NCBI GenBank assembly: GCA_039096225.1
Contig: JBBPEB010000006.1
Coordinates: 124,001-188,000, forward strand
Direction: 5' to 3'
Source: Blastocystis sp. Blastoise
Taxonomy: Eukaryota > Protista > Bigyra: Opalinata
DNA length: 64,000 nt
Part shown: positions 1 to 17,344 of the stretch, in pieces
How positions within the stretch are numbered: position 1 is the first letter of the stretch
Layout: the number at the start of each line of letters is the position of its first letter
Notes under the pieces: generated by a model
What the model was told of the DNA's origin: nothing
Seen by the model: the letters and a program-made list of their open reading frames with translations, nothing else
The model's database searches: none
Made by a program: the position numbers and the translations under genes

Positions 1-426
1 ATAATATCGTCTCTATTACTCATACCTCTACTTGTATAAATACAACATATATTAAAACAATATACATGACAATTAAACTAAAAACAATAAATCCTACAGT
101 ATTACCACATTCACCTTATTGATCCAAATGTCTTCCTATAAATAATATATGAATTTATAAAAAAATTAATACTTTTAAATGGATTTCACTCCTACTCAAT
201 ACATTTATAAAAAATGTTCACGTTCCCTATCTAGATGGTTTTTTCTTTCAAAAAAAATATTTTTTTAATAAAAAACCTTCTTAATAAGTAAAATAGACTT
301 TGTAGAGAAGGTTTAAAAAAGTCTTGGCTATTAACCATCCAAAAAAAAATAAAAATAGAAATTTAATATTTCACGGTAATTTAGAAAATAAACAAATAGA
401 AAGAATCATTTTAATGGTTATTCAGT

Positions 427-436
427 TTCTTCTTTT
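427..436 (+). repeat. Target-site duplication, left copy (TTCTTCTTTT)
   Basis: Abuts the left TIR. The same 10-mer abuts the right TIR. Confidence 0.85.
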
Positions 437-487
437 GAGATAAATCAGCCTATACAGTAGAATTGTTAAAAAGTCAGACAATACAGT
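437..487 (+). repeat. Left terminal inverted repeat (51 bp)
   Basis: GAGATAAATCAGCCTATACAGTAGAATTGTTAAAAAGTCAGACAATACAGT. Contains an internal ATACAGT direct repeat (452-458, 481-487). Starts GAGATAA like maize Mu TIRs. Confidence 0.95.
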
Positions 488-1951
488 CGTTTCCAGAGGG
501 TCCTATGACCCGCGGTATTTTTAACATAATGGCGACTAGAATATAATACAAATATGTTGTAAAATTCCCAGTCAAGAAACTATATGTGTTTTCTACTAAT
601 AATTAATTTTTGCCATATTCGACCTATTTGTTTAAATTTGACTTAAATGGATAGACGGGATATTGACAGAATAGATAAGGAAGTGGAAAATGAGGATTTT
701 ACTCAATATGTTCAACACATTCCTTCCGTCACACTATGGACATTTTGTGTTTTTTTGACCCTATTTCCCGTAAGAGAAACAACAAAATGACTGGGATTTT
801 TTAATCAAAAATACGTTGGCCTAAACTCGAGAAAAGAGTGTCCGCCAACTTGTCAAGTTTCTCTCTTTTTGACGAGAAAAACTTAAAAATAACTCTACAA
901 AATATATTGTTTATTTATATAATCATAGACATTCTAAATATTGACTATTTTACAGTGTTTTATGATTTAAAATGACTGTTTAAAACCAAAAAGACTTTAA
1001 TTTTTTCTCTGAAGTCTATAATTCAGAATGGATTACATGAGTGAGAAGTTTTTAAAATTTGTGTATTCTCTGAGTGATATATTATCATTTCAATCATTCT
1101 CGTCAAGTCCTTTTACAATATAAACCATTATACAGCCTAAATCAACACACACCTAAAAATTTCTTCTTTTTGATTTCCCAAGGAAAAAACAATAAAATGA
1201 CTTGACTTTTTTATTCATAATTTTTTAGCCTAAAGACGACAGCATTCTTTTAGCCAACTACCCTAGAAAGTCAAAACAATTAAAAATTCAAAAAAGAAAA
1301 GTAAAACAGAAGCTCTTGTTTTTGTTTATTGATTATCGTCAATAAACCTGTTTTTAAAAATATGACTTTAGAATATCATTCAGGACTTGATTTATAGTTC
1401 AGGGTATCGTTTTAAGGTTTAAAATAGCTTTTTTAAGAGAATTCATAATTATGTCCTAAACCAAGAGGAGTTGTGCGTTTTTATCATCTCTGTTGTTAGA
1501 CATACTTATACACAACATACTCAGCTTACAAAATTGTTTTTCTTGCTTGTTGTGATTTTCACTCATTTTTGAATATTTGATTTTTAGTTTCAAAAGTGGT
1601 ATAAAGTGTCTATACATGCCTGTAAGAATCGATTTTAATACTATAAAGTCAAAAATATTAAAAAAAAGTGACAGCGAAAAAAGGAGGGAAAATATACTTT
1701 TTTGAATTTCTTGATATTCCCGCAAAAATGATTTTTCTTTTAAGACCTGAAGACACCCATACGCTATTGAGCCTATTGACTTAGAAAATATTTCATTTGT
1801 TACATATTTTTTTTATTTTTATTCTATTTTTATTTGCCTTTATTTTTAAAAATAGAAGCTCATTTTAACTTCAGACTGTTCCCTTGTATGTATATTGCTA
1901 TTTTTTATTCTTTACCCATATTAACATTCTCCCATTCTCTAGCATGTATAG

Positions 1952-2308
1952 GTTCCTGCTCGTCCGTGGTTATAAGAGTCCTCTTCAGTCCATGTCAACA
2001 ACGTCTATGATGTCAAACTGTTTTCAAAGTATATATGTATTTATTTATTTTTATAATTATCTCTTATCTTTTTATTTTTTATATTGCTGTAATATTATAT
2101 GATAAAATACTTATCGTATATTCATTCTATCTATTATTAACTTTCTTTTTTTTTTCTTGAATTAGAATTCTAATTCATTTTATTATTTATTTTCATTATT
2201 TTTATATTTTTATTTATTATTATTTATTTATTTAGGTTGTTTTCTACTGTTTCTGTTGGTTATCTTTCCCTATGACTCAACATCACCAAATTCATTTTTT
2301 TCTATTAG
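1952..2308 (+). pseudogene. Degenerate mini-exon cassette (2 short exons) of the cargo family
   Basis: Higher-GC islands 1952-2028 and 2236-2308, each bounded by TAG| and |GTAT in AT-only flanks. The first reads GSCSSVV... then hits a stop. Confidence 0.4.
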
Positions 2309-2314
2309 GTATGT

Positions 2315-2345
<31 letters not shown>

Positions 2346-2349
2346 TTAT

Positions 2350-6200
<3,851 letters not shown>

Positions 6201-6420
6201 TCTATATTTATATTTTTTTTTCTCTATATTATTATTTTAATTCTTTTTTATTAATTTCATTAATTATCCCTATCTCATTAACTTTATATTTTTCTCTATT
6301 TATTCTCTTTTCATTTTTCCCTCCTATATTTAGCATCGTTTTCTCTTATACATATATTTTTTTTCATACTTATTTTCGTATTATTATATATCCCTTTATA
6401 TTACTTTTCCTCTATATTAT

Positions 6421-6488
6421 CCTTAAGCTTAAATTGGTAAGTTTCAATCAATTTATGATTGAAAACAGGTTCAATTCCTGTCTTAAGG
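6421..6488 (+). ncRNA. tRNA-like cloverleaf element, copy 1
   Basis: CCTTAAG|CTTA-AATTGG-TAAG|TTTCAATC-AATTTAT-GATTGAAA|ACAGG-TTCAATT-CCTGT|CTTAAGG. Stems of 7, 4, 8 and 5 bp, all Watson-Crick. T-loop TTCAATT; D-loop ends in GG. Confidence 0.8.
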
Positions 6489-8396
6489 TCGTTTATATAA
6501 CTATTTTATGTATATATAGGTTTTAATATTCATATTGTATAAGATTTTCAAAAAATATATATTCAGAGAGGTGAAGATCAATTATGTTAATTACTATTTT
6601 TTTCTTTATATGTGTATTTATTTAATCATTAAATGTATTAGTTGTATATAGATGATTCATAGAAACATTCAAAACAGTTTATTCAATACAAAAATATTCC
6701 AACAATTATCAATTACTTAATTAAGTGTATTGTCGAACACAGAATCTTCTCAAAAGATTGTTCAGGAGATTTTATAATGTTTATACGTAAAATATTAGTT
6801 TAGTTCCAAAAAATAATTCTTATTTTTCAAAAATAGATTATCAAAAGATTCTGTGCAATTTTTTTTTCATATGATCAGTGTATCCTTGTACAGTAGAAAA
6901 AAATCATTTAAATACATTTTTGACTTGATAAACAATAAATTAAGAATTTATTCTTGTTAAAAAACAAAATATTTTGAAAATAATACTAAAATCATACAGA
7001 TGACTAATGAAACTATTCATTCATTTACTCTTAACATGATTTAAGACAAGTCATAAAAATGGAGATTCTTTATATTTTATAATTTTTGATTAATTGATAT
7101 CACTGTCATGTTTAAACTTCATTTAGACACTAAATATGCAATATGAGACGTTTCTGTTATTATTGAAAATAAAATATATATTTGAAATAATTTTAGTTTC
7201 ACTAAAAATCACTGAAGATGATTAAACACGGTAAGTAGACAATGAATAAATCATGAATATAACGATTAATGAGATTAAACATTTTTTTGATAAAAAAGTG
7301 ATTTTTGCATTTGTTTTATAGTAAACTATCAACACGATTCTGACTTTTCAATTAAAAATATACAAAATATTATTTTTGCTTATTCATATGCATATTTGAT
7401 AGCTATGAGTCCTTAGTTGATAGAAAAAGTTGTTCTTGAGTAATTATAAAATAATAATTTGATTTGTTTTTGATATTATTGTAACAATAAACATTATTTT
7501 AACTGGAAAACACTCACTCTATACGTTTTGAGTTTATGAAGAGGTTTTAAAAGACTTTTACTTGATTACAATTGTTGACTTAATTGACTTTAAAATGTTT
7601 TTTGTTTCTTTTCAGTCATATTATGATATTAAAATAATTGAAAATCTACACAAATAGATTAAAAAGTTGATATTTCATAACAATTTTGACTCTAGACCTT
7701 TTTTATCATCTTTCTCTTTATTTAATCATTTTATTGAAAGTATGTGACTCAAATTAATACTCTAAATGAAGATTCAGACAATCATTCTGAATTATATGAA
7801 TCACTTTTGTTTTGGGATTAGAAGTCTCAGGGTCTTCTCTATAAGTCTGTATTATAGCCTAGGTTTATTTAAAAAATAAGTTATACTTACAAAGTGATAC
7901 TAAGAATAATTTTGATAATTAACTATAAAAATGACTCTTCTGTCGTCTAAACTAATTATAAAACATTATAATGATAAATAAATATATAATTCTTTAAAAT
8001 AAAACATTTTTTATAGTATTAATAATAATTAGGATAAATTGAAAATAACAATAACAATATCCATTTTCCTCATAGAAATAAAATTTCTCTTTCTCTTTTA
8101 TTCTTAACCATTCATTTTATTTATGATGAAGATTCTCTATATTTAGTAGATATGAGATTATTCATGTTTATTTTCATTATTTCAGCTATATCTTCTAAAT
8201 TCCTATTACACCCTTTTATAACAAAACAAAATCCTACATGACTTATCACATATTTATTTTATTATATCTTATATCATTATAATGATGTATTATTAAATTA
8301 TTACTTTATTTCATATCATATGATACTATTATGATGGTAGGTGTTTGCTGTTTCTTTATATTTTATTTTTTCTACTCTATTCATTCATTTTCTATA

Positions 8397-9030
8397 GTAG
8401 CTGTCTCTGCTTCTTGCTGTGGCTATTCCTGGTCTCCTTAAGTGTTCTGCTCCTTCTTGTGTGTGGTTATGGTTCTCTTATAGGTATATATATATATATT
8501 TCTTTTTCTAATTATTTTTATAGTTATGCTGCTTGGGTCTAGAATGAAGGGAATCAACATGAATAAAAGGTACATATATATCTATATTATCTATTACATA
8601 TTATATAACTAACCCCACTTTATATTTATATAGGAGTAATGTATATATTTATATTTTATTATTCTATATTATTTTATTATATCATATATTATTATATTCT
8701 ACAACTCACTCTATCTTTATATAGGTTTCCATAAGTTCTGTTGCTGTCGTTGTTGGCCAATTGGAGAATGGTTTATAAAAAGTATATATATATATTTAAT
8801 TATATTGTTTTATTCATTATACTATTTATCATATATCTTTTATAGGATGGTTCTTTGTCTTTGATTCCTTGCCTGTCTTGTAATGATTAGAAAAGGTATA
8901 TATTTTTTATTTTATTATTATTTTAAAATGTTATATATATATTATTATTAGTAATACTTAACTAATATCATCTCTTTATATAGGTTGGTTAGGCTTAAAT
9001 GCAAATTAAAGACTGAAACTGTCCTGGTTG
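8397..9030 (+). pseudogene. Degenerate multi-mini-exon cassette (~6 short exons)
   Basis: Repeated TATAG|exon|GTA islands near 8397, 8524, 8634, 8725, 8846 and 8984. No continuous ORF could be assembled. Confidence 0.45.
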
Positions 9031-9336
9031 AAATATTATAAATTAAATATTATATATATTTTATTATATTATTTATTATATGTTTTATTATCTTTTTTTT
9101 ATATATTTATTATTATTGTTTTCTATTATTTGTTTTTATGATTATTTGATAATATTTAATTTGTTTGTTTTGTTATATCGTTTATTATTACACCACAAAA
9201 AGAATAAAAAAAGCCAATAAATGAAAAAATAGAGAATATTTAAAACCATTTTTATTCGCCAATTATTGTTTTAAGGTGCGTCATACTTTTGCACTGCTTT
9301 TCGATTTTATAAAATCACTGAAACTCTGACAAAAAA

Positions 9337-9539
9337 TTTCACTGCTCACCACTGGGGAAACCAAAGCAAAAAAGTCGTTGGACCTTTTGTCAGCTACCCT
9401 TTAAAATTTTTTCACTGCTCCACCACTGGGGAAACCAAACAGAAAAATCAAATAACCTTTTGTCAGCTACATATTTAAAAATTTTCACTGCTCACCACTG
9501 GGGAAACCAAAACAAAAAAGTCGTTGGACCTTTTGACAG
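9337..9539 (+). repeat. Three tandem ~73-bp direct repeats upstream of the transposase
   Basis: TTTCACTGCTC(C)ACCACTGGGGAAACCAAA...ACCTTTTG starts at 9337, 9410 and 9483. Confidence 0.9.
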
Positions 9540-9660
9540 AAACCTGAAAAAATGTCCATAGTGTCATACAAGTATTTTACACATATATAAATATTTTAAT
9601 ATCTAGAGACGTCCTGATAAGGATTCAAGAGTGAATCCGTTAACAAAAACAACTTTTAGC

Positions 9661-10588
9661 ATGTTTAAAAACATTGACCAAAATCAGATTGCCTCTTTGA
9701 TTGAAGAAAACAGTTTTAATGGGTTTTTCAGAGATTATACAAACTACCTATGCATTATCTATAGGAATTTTCTAATATCGTTACTTTTCAACATTCGCCC
9801 TGAATTTGGGTCAAGAGAAGAGATTGAGGTTTTTTTAAGATTATCTGCATATAGTAATGGCTATTCTATGATGATTCAAAGAAGTTCAAAACAATATGTC
9901 AAATACAAATGTCCCATCATGGAATGCAATTACATAATTCAATACAACTTTAAAGATGGAAAATATCACTTAACACACTTCCATCAACATGATACAGATG
10001 TATAAATATATATAATTACAATATTTATTATATTTTACATTAAAATAATATTTTCTATATATACTATCAATTCTCTTATTAATAAAAACTATATTTTTAT
10101 ATATTAACTATTTTATTTATTTAGAAATGTTCGAAATTTACTTCTCACTATATAGAACTTATGAAGGAAAATAGAATAAAACAATCTGTTTGTGACTATT
10201 ATCAAAAACAAATTAATATAACAACTAATAATATACCTATTAATAATGATAATAAAGAAATACCTAATAATAATAATGAACAAGATAGAAATACTATTAT
10301 AGATATAGCTGGTCTTCAACTATTAGAAAAGGAATTAGTTTCTAATCAAATTAAAGAAAATAATAATCATGAAGTGAATATTGATGAATCATTACAATAT
10401 GAAGAAAGAACAGATGATACTCCTTTAACTGAAATAGAAACTGAAATAATTCAGAAAAAAGATCCTATACTTGAGAAAAGAGTTTATATGAGTTCTGAAA
10501 TGGATTTATTATTATATGAGATGCAAAAGAATAATGAAAAAAGAATAAATAATCAAACATTCCCTGATATGTATATAGATGATATATT

Positions 10589-10620
<32 letters not shown>

Positions 10621-13600
10621 TAGAAAAAGAAAAAGAAAATGATTATGAAAATGAGAAAGAAAATGAAGAAGAAAGTGATATTGATATAAACAATAATAGT
10701 CAAGATGATGAAGTATTAATGAATGGGTTTAAAGACAAGGTTAATAATATAACAACTCCTGTACGATCTGTTTCATTGGAATACTTTGAGAATGTTATTA
10801 GTCAAAGTAAAGATAAACCTAATATTAGTTATATTAATACAAACTTTAGATTATTATTTAGAAGTCCATTAAATAGTACATTTGTATATAATTATTTATT
10901 ATGTCATGAAAAATATAAAGGAATGATATCTAAAGATATTATTAATGAACTACATTCATTGTTTCCTTCAATTAATCGACATATAATATATTGTTCTACA
11001 ACGAGGTTTCTTCTAAATGATGATATATCATATTCTTATATACCTCAAATAATAAAACAACTCAATACTAGTAATTCAAATAATAGAGCTTTTTATATGT
11101 TATATAATGGAAAAGCAGTCAATAATAAAATTGATTTTAATACTGTTGATTATACTGATGATATTATTGATGGAAATAATAATAATAAATCATTATTACG
11201 TTGTTGTACCTTAATTGGTGAAAATATTAAATTATTAAATTATTCTCCTCCTGTTATTTTCCTAGATGGAACGTTTATGGGTCTTGGAAGTACTGTTACT
11301 TTAGTTATAACAGGTAATATATATATATTATTATTACTATTTCTATTACTATTACTATTACTATTACTATTACTATTATTATTACTATTACTATTACTAT
11401 TACTATTACTATTACTATTACTATTACTATTACTATTACTATTACTATTACTATTACTATTACTATTACTATTACTATTACTCTTTATAGCTGTTAATAT
11501 CAATCATGAATCCATATGTCTTGGTTTTGGATTCTTTCCATCTGAAAGTGAAGAAGCTTGGGTTACTTTATTATCTTCATTAAAGAAGGTTTTAATGAGT
11601 CAATATGGTAATCAAACATTTACTATTGTTTCTGACCAAGCTAAGGGGATCAAGTCGGCAGTTCAAAAGGTATTTCCTGACTATCCCCATATTCTCTGTT
11701 TCTTCCATTTATTACAAGATCATCTTCGAGTCGACTTACGTACAAAACAATATATTATAGATAGTTATAAAGCTTCTACTTTTGAAGAAGCAAAAGAAAA
11801 AGCAGAAAAGATTATAGATGAAGATCTTAGATGTCAAGTTCTTGAAGTTTGGGAAAAGAATAATAAAAGTTTACAAAAGTATGATTCAATTTGTAAATGG
11901 TATATTTCCTCAAGTGTAGCTGAAAGCTACAATAGAGTATTAAAACGTTTTAGAAATATTCCTATTCATAAAATGTTTCTATGTATCTATAACTATAGTA
12001 TTACAAAACAGATTAATATAAAAACTAGTATTCCTATTGATAATGTTTTCTTACCTTGTTTTGATAATATATATAATAGAATCAAGAATAAGAAGTATTA
12101 TATAAAAGAAAAGAAAGATGGAGTTTCTGCTGTTGTAAATGATGGTGTTAGCTATATAGTAAATTTAGAAAAGCAAACATGTGAATGTAAGGAATACCAA
12201 AACAAACACACTCCCTGTAAACATGCTATAATCTTCCTTAGGTACTTAATAGAAAAAGGAAATAATAATACTGATATTATTCCACGAGTATTAAGAAATG
12301 TGAATAATCAAATTTATAGAAATCAATATCAAAACTATGATGGAGAGTATATATTTATATGTATATAATGATATATATAGTATATATAGTATATAGATAG
12401 TATATAGATAGTATATATATATTATATGGATAGAATATAGATAGAATATAGATAGTATATATAGTATATGTAGTATATATATATATATACTATATAGATA
12501 GTATATATAGTATAGATAGTATATAGATAATAGTAGAATAGTATAAATATATATCCGATAGATTCTATATACTTTCTATATACTATCTATATAATATCTA
12601 TATTCTATCTATATGTATACTATATTCTATCTATATATTATCTATATACTATTTATATACTATCTATATATTATCTATATATTATCTATATACTATTTAT
12701 ATACTATCTATATACTATCTATATTCTATCTATATTCTATCTATATTCTATCTATATTCTATCTTTATATTATCTATCTACTATCTATATATTATCTTTA
12801 TATTATCTATATTCTATCTATATACTATCTATATAATATCTTTATATTATCTATATTCTATCTATATACTATCTATATAATATCTTTATATTATCTATAT
12901 TCTATCTATCTACTATCTATATATTACCTACTAGGGTCACGCCGCAGGTCCGGGGCCTAACGGCACCGGACCGCGGCTGCAATGAATAATAACTGTTTGG
13001 TTTTTATTTACTTTCTTTCCTTTTTATCTATTATATATTATATATTATATATTATATAATATATATTATTTATTAAATATTATCTATAATATGTTACTTA
13101 TTATATATTATATATTATATATTATATATATTATTTTAATAACACTTCTTATACTCTATATGGAGAGTAGCAATCATTTATTGATTGTAATCAGGTTCAA
13201 TTCCTGATATAAGAACTAAATAGATTATTTGAATAGTATCTGAAAAACTAAAAACAATACTTGAAGAAAATAAGAAATCCTTTTTGAATCATTATATTTG
13301 TTATTTATTATTTTTAAAATATATTTTGTATTTATAAATAGTTAAATTACTGTTTTAATTATTATGGAGTTTCTAAAGGTAATAAATTTAGAAATGGGTC
13401 ATAATGTTAAGTATTGAAAAATATTTTTATGTTGTAAAATCATTTTAAATAGATTATAATAAAATAGCATAAACTTATTTTAATCATTTCATAAAACTAA
13501 AACAAATCTAACACAACAAAGTCAACATTCATTTTGACTTTAACGACTTAAACACAAAGTTTTTGAATTAATATTAATAAATTCAATCTAAATAGCATTT

Positions 13601-16600
13601 CTAAACACAAAAGTGTCAACAATATTACTTTTAGAGAGACTTTACCATTTCGATATCAAGTGTATCAAAATAGTTTTAGACATAACTTTCACATAGTATA
13701 GATCTCATTATTTTATTTATTAATTCAAGTTTAATGTCTTGAATCTCTGACTTCAAGATCATTTTTAACACATTTTGAAAGGTTGACACACTTATAATTA
13801 ATTTTAAAAGCTAATATTATAACATTATACTCATCATAACTCTATCAACATAAGAGTCACCATTTTGACACTCTTTATAAACATTTTACATTTGGTCATA
13901 CACTTTGTCAAGTGTATTTTTGTCCTTTCTTTTGATATAATTTAGAATATAATTCATAGTTTGATAAATAAAATATTTTATATTGAATCTCATCCTTTGG
14001 ATAATTCATTTCTACATTTAAAAATATTAATCCCTTTAAACTTGTTTTTAAAAGTCAAAATTTTCATAGTCTAATGAAAACACAATTTTAAAAGAATATA
14101 CTAACTCTTTAAAATTTCTAGACAACTCAAACACATTGTTAATTCACTTTTCAAAAATGAAATTCTCTTATTTTTTAATATGTTGTAGAATTTAGCTTAT
14201 TATATATTAAACTTCTATTAGAATTTCGAATCTCCTATTTTAAGATAATATTTTTTATTTTACAACCTTAAAGTTACTTTTATGAGTTAATACGTTCACA
14301 AAATTATGTAAATATAAATGCGAGTAAACAGAGAAACTCAAAACTTAAATATCTCAATTATTGACAGTTTTAAATCAGTAATACTATACAGTGTTAAAAG
14401 TGACAATAAATGTTTTAAAATTTAATTCAAATATTTAAAAACTTGACACTATTTAACATACTAAGTATTTCAAGAATTATCTTAATAGTCGACACAATTT
14501 AAATAAAAAAAAAAAGAAAAAGAACAAAACAAAAATAGCAAAAGAAAACATTTAAATATAGAATAGCTAAAACGATAACAACAGCATAAATAAATAAATA
14601 ATATAAAGAAAGCAGATAATAGAAAGCTATTAAATGTGAAAAATAATAATAATAATAAGCAAAAGAAAAAGAAAAAGAACTAAAAAAAAAAAAAAAATCT
14701 AAACATAACCATAACACTAAGAGAACCTATATAGATAAAAGATATATATATATAATAAGAGATAGTATAATAAATATATCTAACATATATATATTAAAAG
14801 AAATATTATAAATATTTGTTATATATATATATATATACCTTTAGATACATTTTTATTATTAAAATGAAAGCTAACATTAGGGTGATAAGATCCCCTATTA
14901 GAAAAGACACCTATATATAATATAATAAATGATAAAATATATATAAACAATAAATATATATATATACCTTCTAAAGAAGGAACAGAGGAATCACCATGAT
15001 ATCTTAACTGACTTGAAGAACCTATATATAATGAAAAGATAATTAATAAATCAAAAAAAAAAGAAAGGAAGAAATAAGAATATACCTGTATCATTATTAC
15101 TATTAATCCAAGACTCCATAAGAAAAGAACGACCTATATAAGATAAAAATAATAATAAACTAAATTAAATTTAAAAAGTAGACATACCTTCATCATTAAT
15201 ACGTTCAGCAACTACAACCACAACAGTAGAATAACCTATAAAGAAACAGTAATAGACAAATAATAAATAAAAAAAAAATAATAATAAATGAATGACAATA
15301 TATATATACCTTTAATATCATATGAGCAGTCTACCTGATCACCAACAACATCCATAGCAACATTTACATCAATAAAACAAACCTATATATATAAAAGTAA
15401 AAAAAAAAAATAAATGAATGACAACATACCTTCAACACCACACAGACATCTATTATCAACATCACTGTTAACATGTACAACAACTGAAGAACCTATATAT
15501 ATATAGAAATAATAAAAAAATAATAATAAAATATAAAAAAAAAAATAAATGATTGGTAACATACCATCTATAAAGCAAGAAGAACCTACATCAACACCGA
15601 TATCACTATTGGAATCACTTACAATAACAGAAGAACCTATAAATAAAGAAAAGTTAAAAAAATAAAAACAAATCATTGACAACATACCTTCACAGTTAGC
15701 ATAACAGGCAACACCACCACCACTGCATAATTCAAATAGCATAGAAGAACCTAAAATAATATAATAAATAATTAAAAAAAAAAAAAAATGGAAAAATATA
15801 TACCTTAAAGACCATCATAGCAAGTACCACCAAGACCAAGAGCATACACAACTGGATTTTATTGAGTAGAAGAACCTGATTTTCTTTGAAATATAAATTA
15901 TTTTTTATTTCCAGGCCTCCTCCTGGATGACATTTTGTTGTTTTCAGACATCTTATTTAATAATATAATATACAATTAAGTATTTGAATATGTATTTAAG
16001 AATCCTATTTCATTTGTATTAATAAATATAATAGGGTCTATTTTCAAAATATGCTTCTTTAAACATAATAGAAATAAAAAAAAACCTTAATTTTTTATTG
16101 ATTTTGTTACTAAAGTAATAATTGGGTCATTCTTATTTAAAATCATTTTGGGTACCCAAAAAACATAGTTCTTTACTCTTTTTTTAAATATTTAATTATA
16201 TTGATTGACTGAGTATGTTTTATTTATTTATTTGATATTGTTTAGTTATTATTTTTATATATATTTGTATGTATATATTTATTTATTTAAAATAATACAC
16301 TTTTCTATAGGATTCTTTTGTATTTTCCTTGGTTGTGGTGTTGAAGTGTTCTTGAAGTGGTCTTGGCTGTGTAAAATGGTTTATTTATGATCAGGTATAT
16401 AAATATATTATTTATTTCTTAAGATCTGTTTTTCTTTTTGTTAATTCGTTTTTATTATTTATTATTTTTATTATCAATATTATTTATTTAGTCTTTACAT
16501 ATAATTTATTCTATATATTATTAATAATTTTTATTCTATAGGAAAGAAACTTTAATGGATGTGTTGTGGTCTTCGTTGCTAAATATTTTCCTTCTTTAAT

Positions 16601-16744
16601 CTGTCGTTCAAGGTTATTTTAAAGGTATATATTTATATTTTATTTATTATTTTTATTATTTATTGTTTACATTTTTTTTATTATTTATTTATTTATTTAT
16701 TATTTATTTATTCATTTTTTTTATATGTTTATTTATTTATTAAT

Positions 16745-16777
<33 letters not shown>

Positions 16778-17313
16778 TTATTGTTTATTATTTATTTATT
16801 TATTTATTTATTTATTATGTTTATTTATTGTATATAGGTTTAATATTCTTCTTAGTTTTTTTTTCTTCTTTCTATCTTCGTTCTTCTTCCTTCTTACTTC
16901 TTCCTTCTTCCTCATCTTTCCTACTTACTTCTTCTTCCTTCCTTCTTCTTCCTTCTTCCTTCTTCCTTCTTCCTTCTTCTTTCTGCCTTCTTTCTTTTCA
17001 TTCTTTACTTCTTCCTCCTTCTTCCTTCTTCATCATTCTTCCTTCATTCTTCGTACTTACTTCTTACTTCTCCCTTCTTCTTCACCTTGGTTCTTCATTC
17101 TTCTTCCTCCTTCCTTCTTCCTTCTTTCTTCTTCCCCATCCTTGATTCTTCCTACTTCCTTCTTCCTCATCCTTCTTTCTTCCTTCTTCTTCATCCTTCC
17201 TTCTTACTTCTTCATCCTTCCTTCTTAAACTTCCTCCTTCCTTCTTCCTTCTTCCTTCCTACTTCCTACTTCCTACTTCCTCCTTATTATATATCTATAT
17301 ATATATCTATATC

Positions 17314-17344
<31 letters not shown>

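Noticed and set aside
1-340. Possible 5' exons of a minus-strand host gene left of the element
   Set aside because: Exon-like fragments exist, but I could not assemble a consistent start and frame.
6421-6488. Canonical tRNA-Lys(TTT)
   Set aside because: It lacks positions 8-9, the variable loop and U33, and has an 8-bp anticodon stem. It is a tRNA-like element rather than a standard tRNA.
9337-9539. CRISPR-like repeat-spacer array
   Set aside because: The intervening sequences are themselves similar, the context is eukaryotic, and there are no cas genes.
10161-12368. 735-aa single-exon protein with a poly-Leu transmembrane segment
   Set aside because: The poly-Leu is a GT-AG intron, and the true N- and C-termini lie in other exons.
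13147-13214. Copy 2 as an ochre-suppressor tRNA (TTA at the anticodon position), implying stop-codon reassignment
   Set aside because: The loop is not conserved across copies (AATTTAT, ATTTATT, ATTATA, ATTATTG), there is no purine 37 or U8, and the transposase and host genes use TAA as a normal stop.
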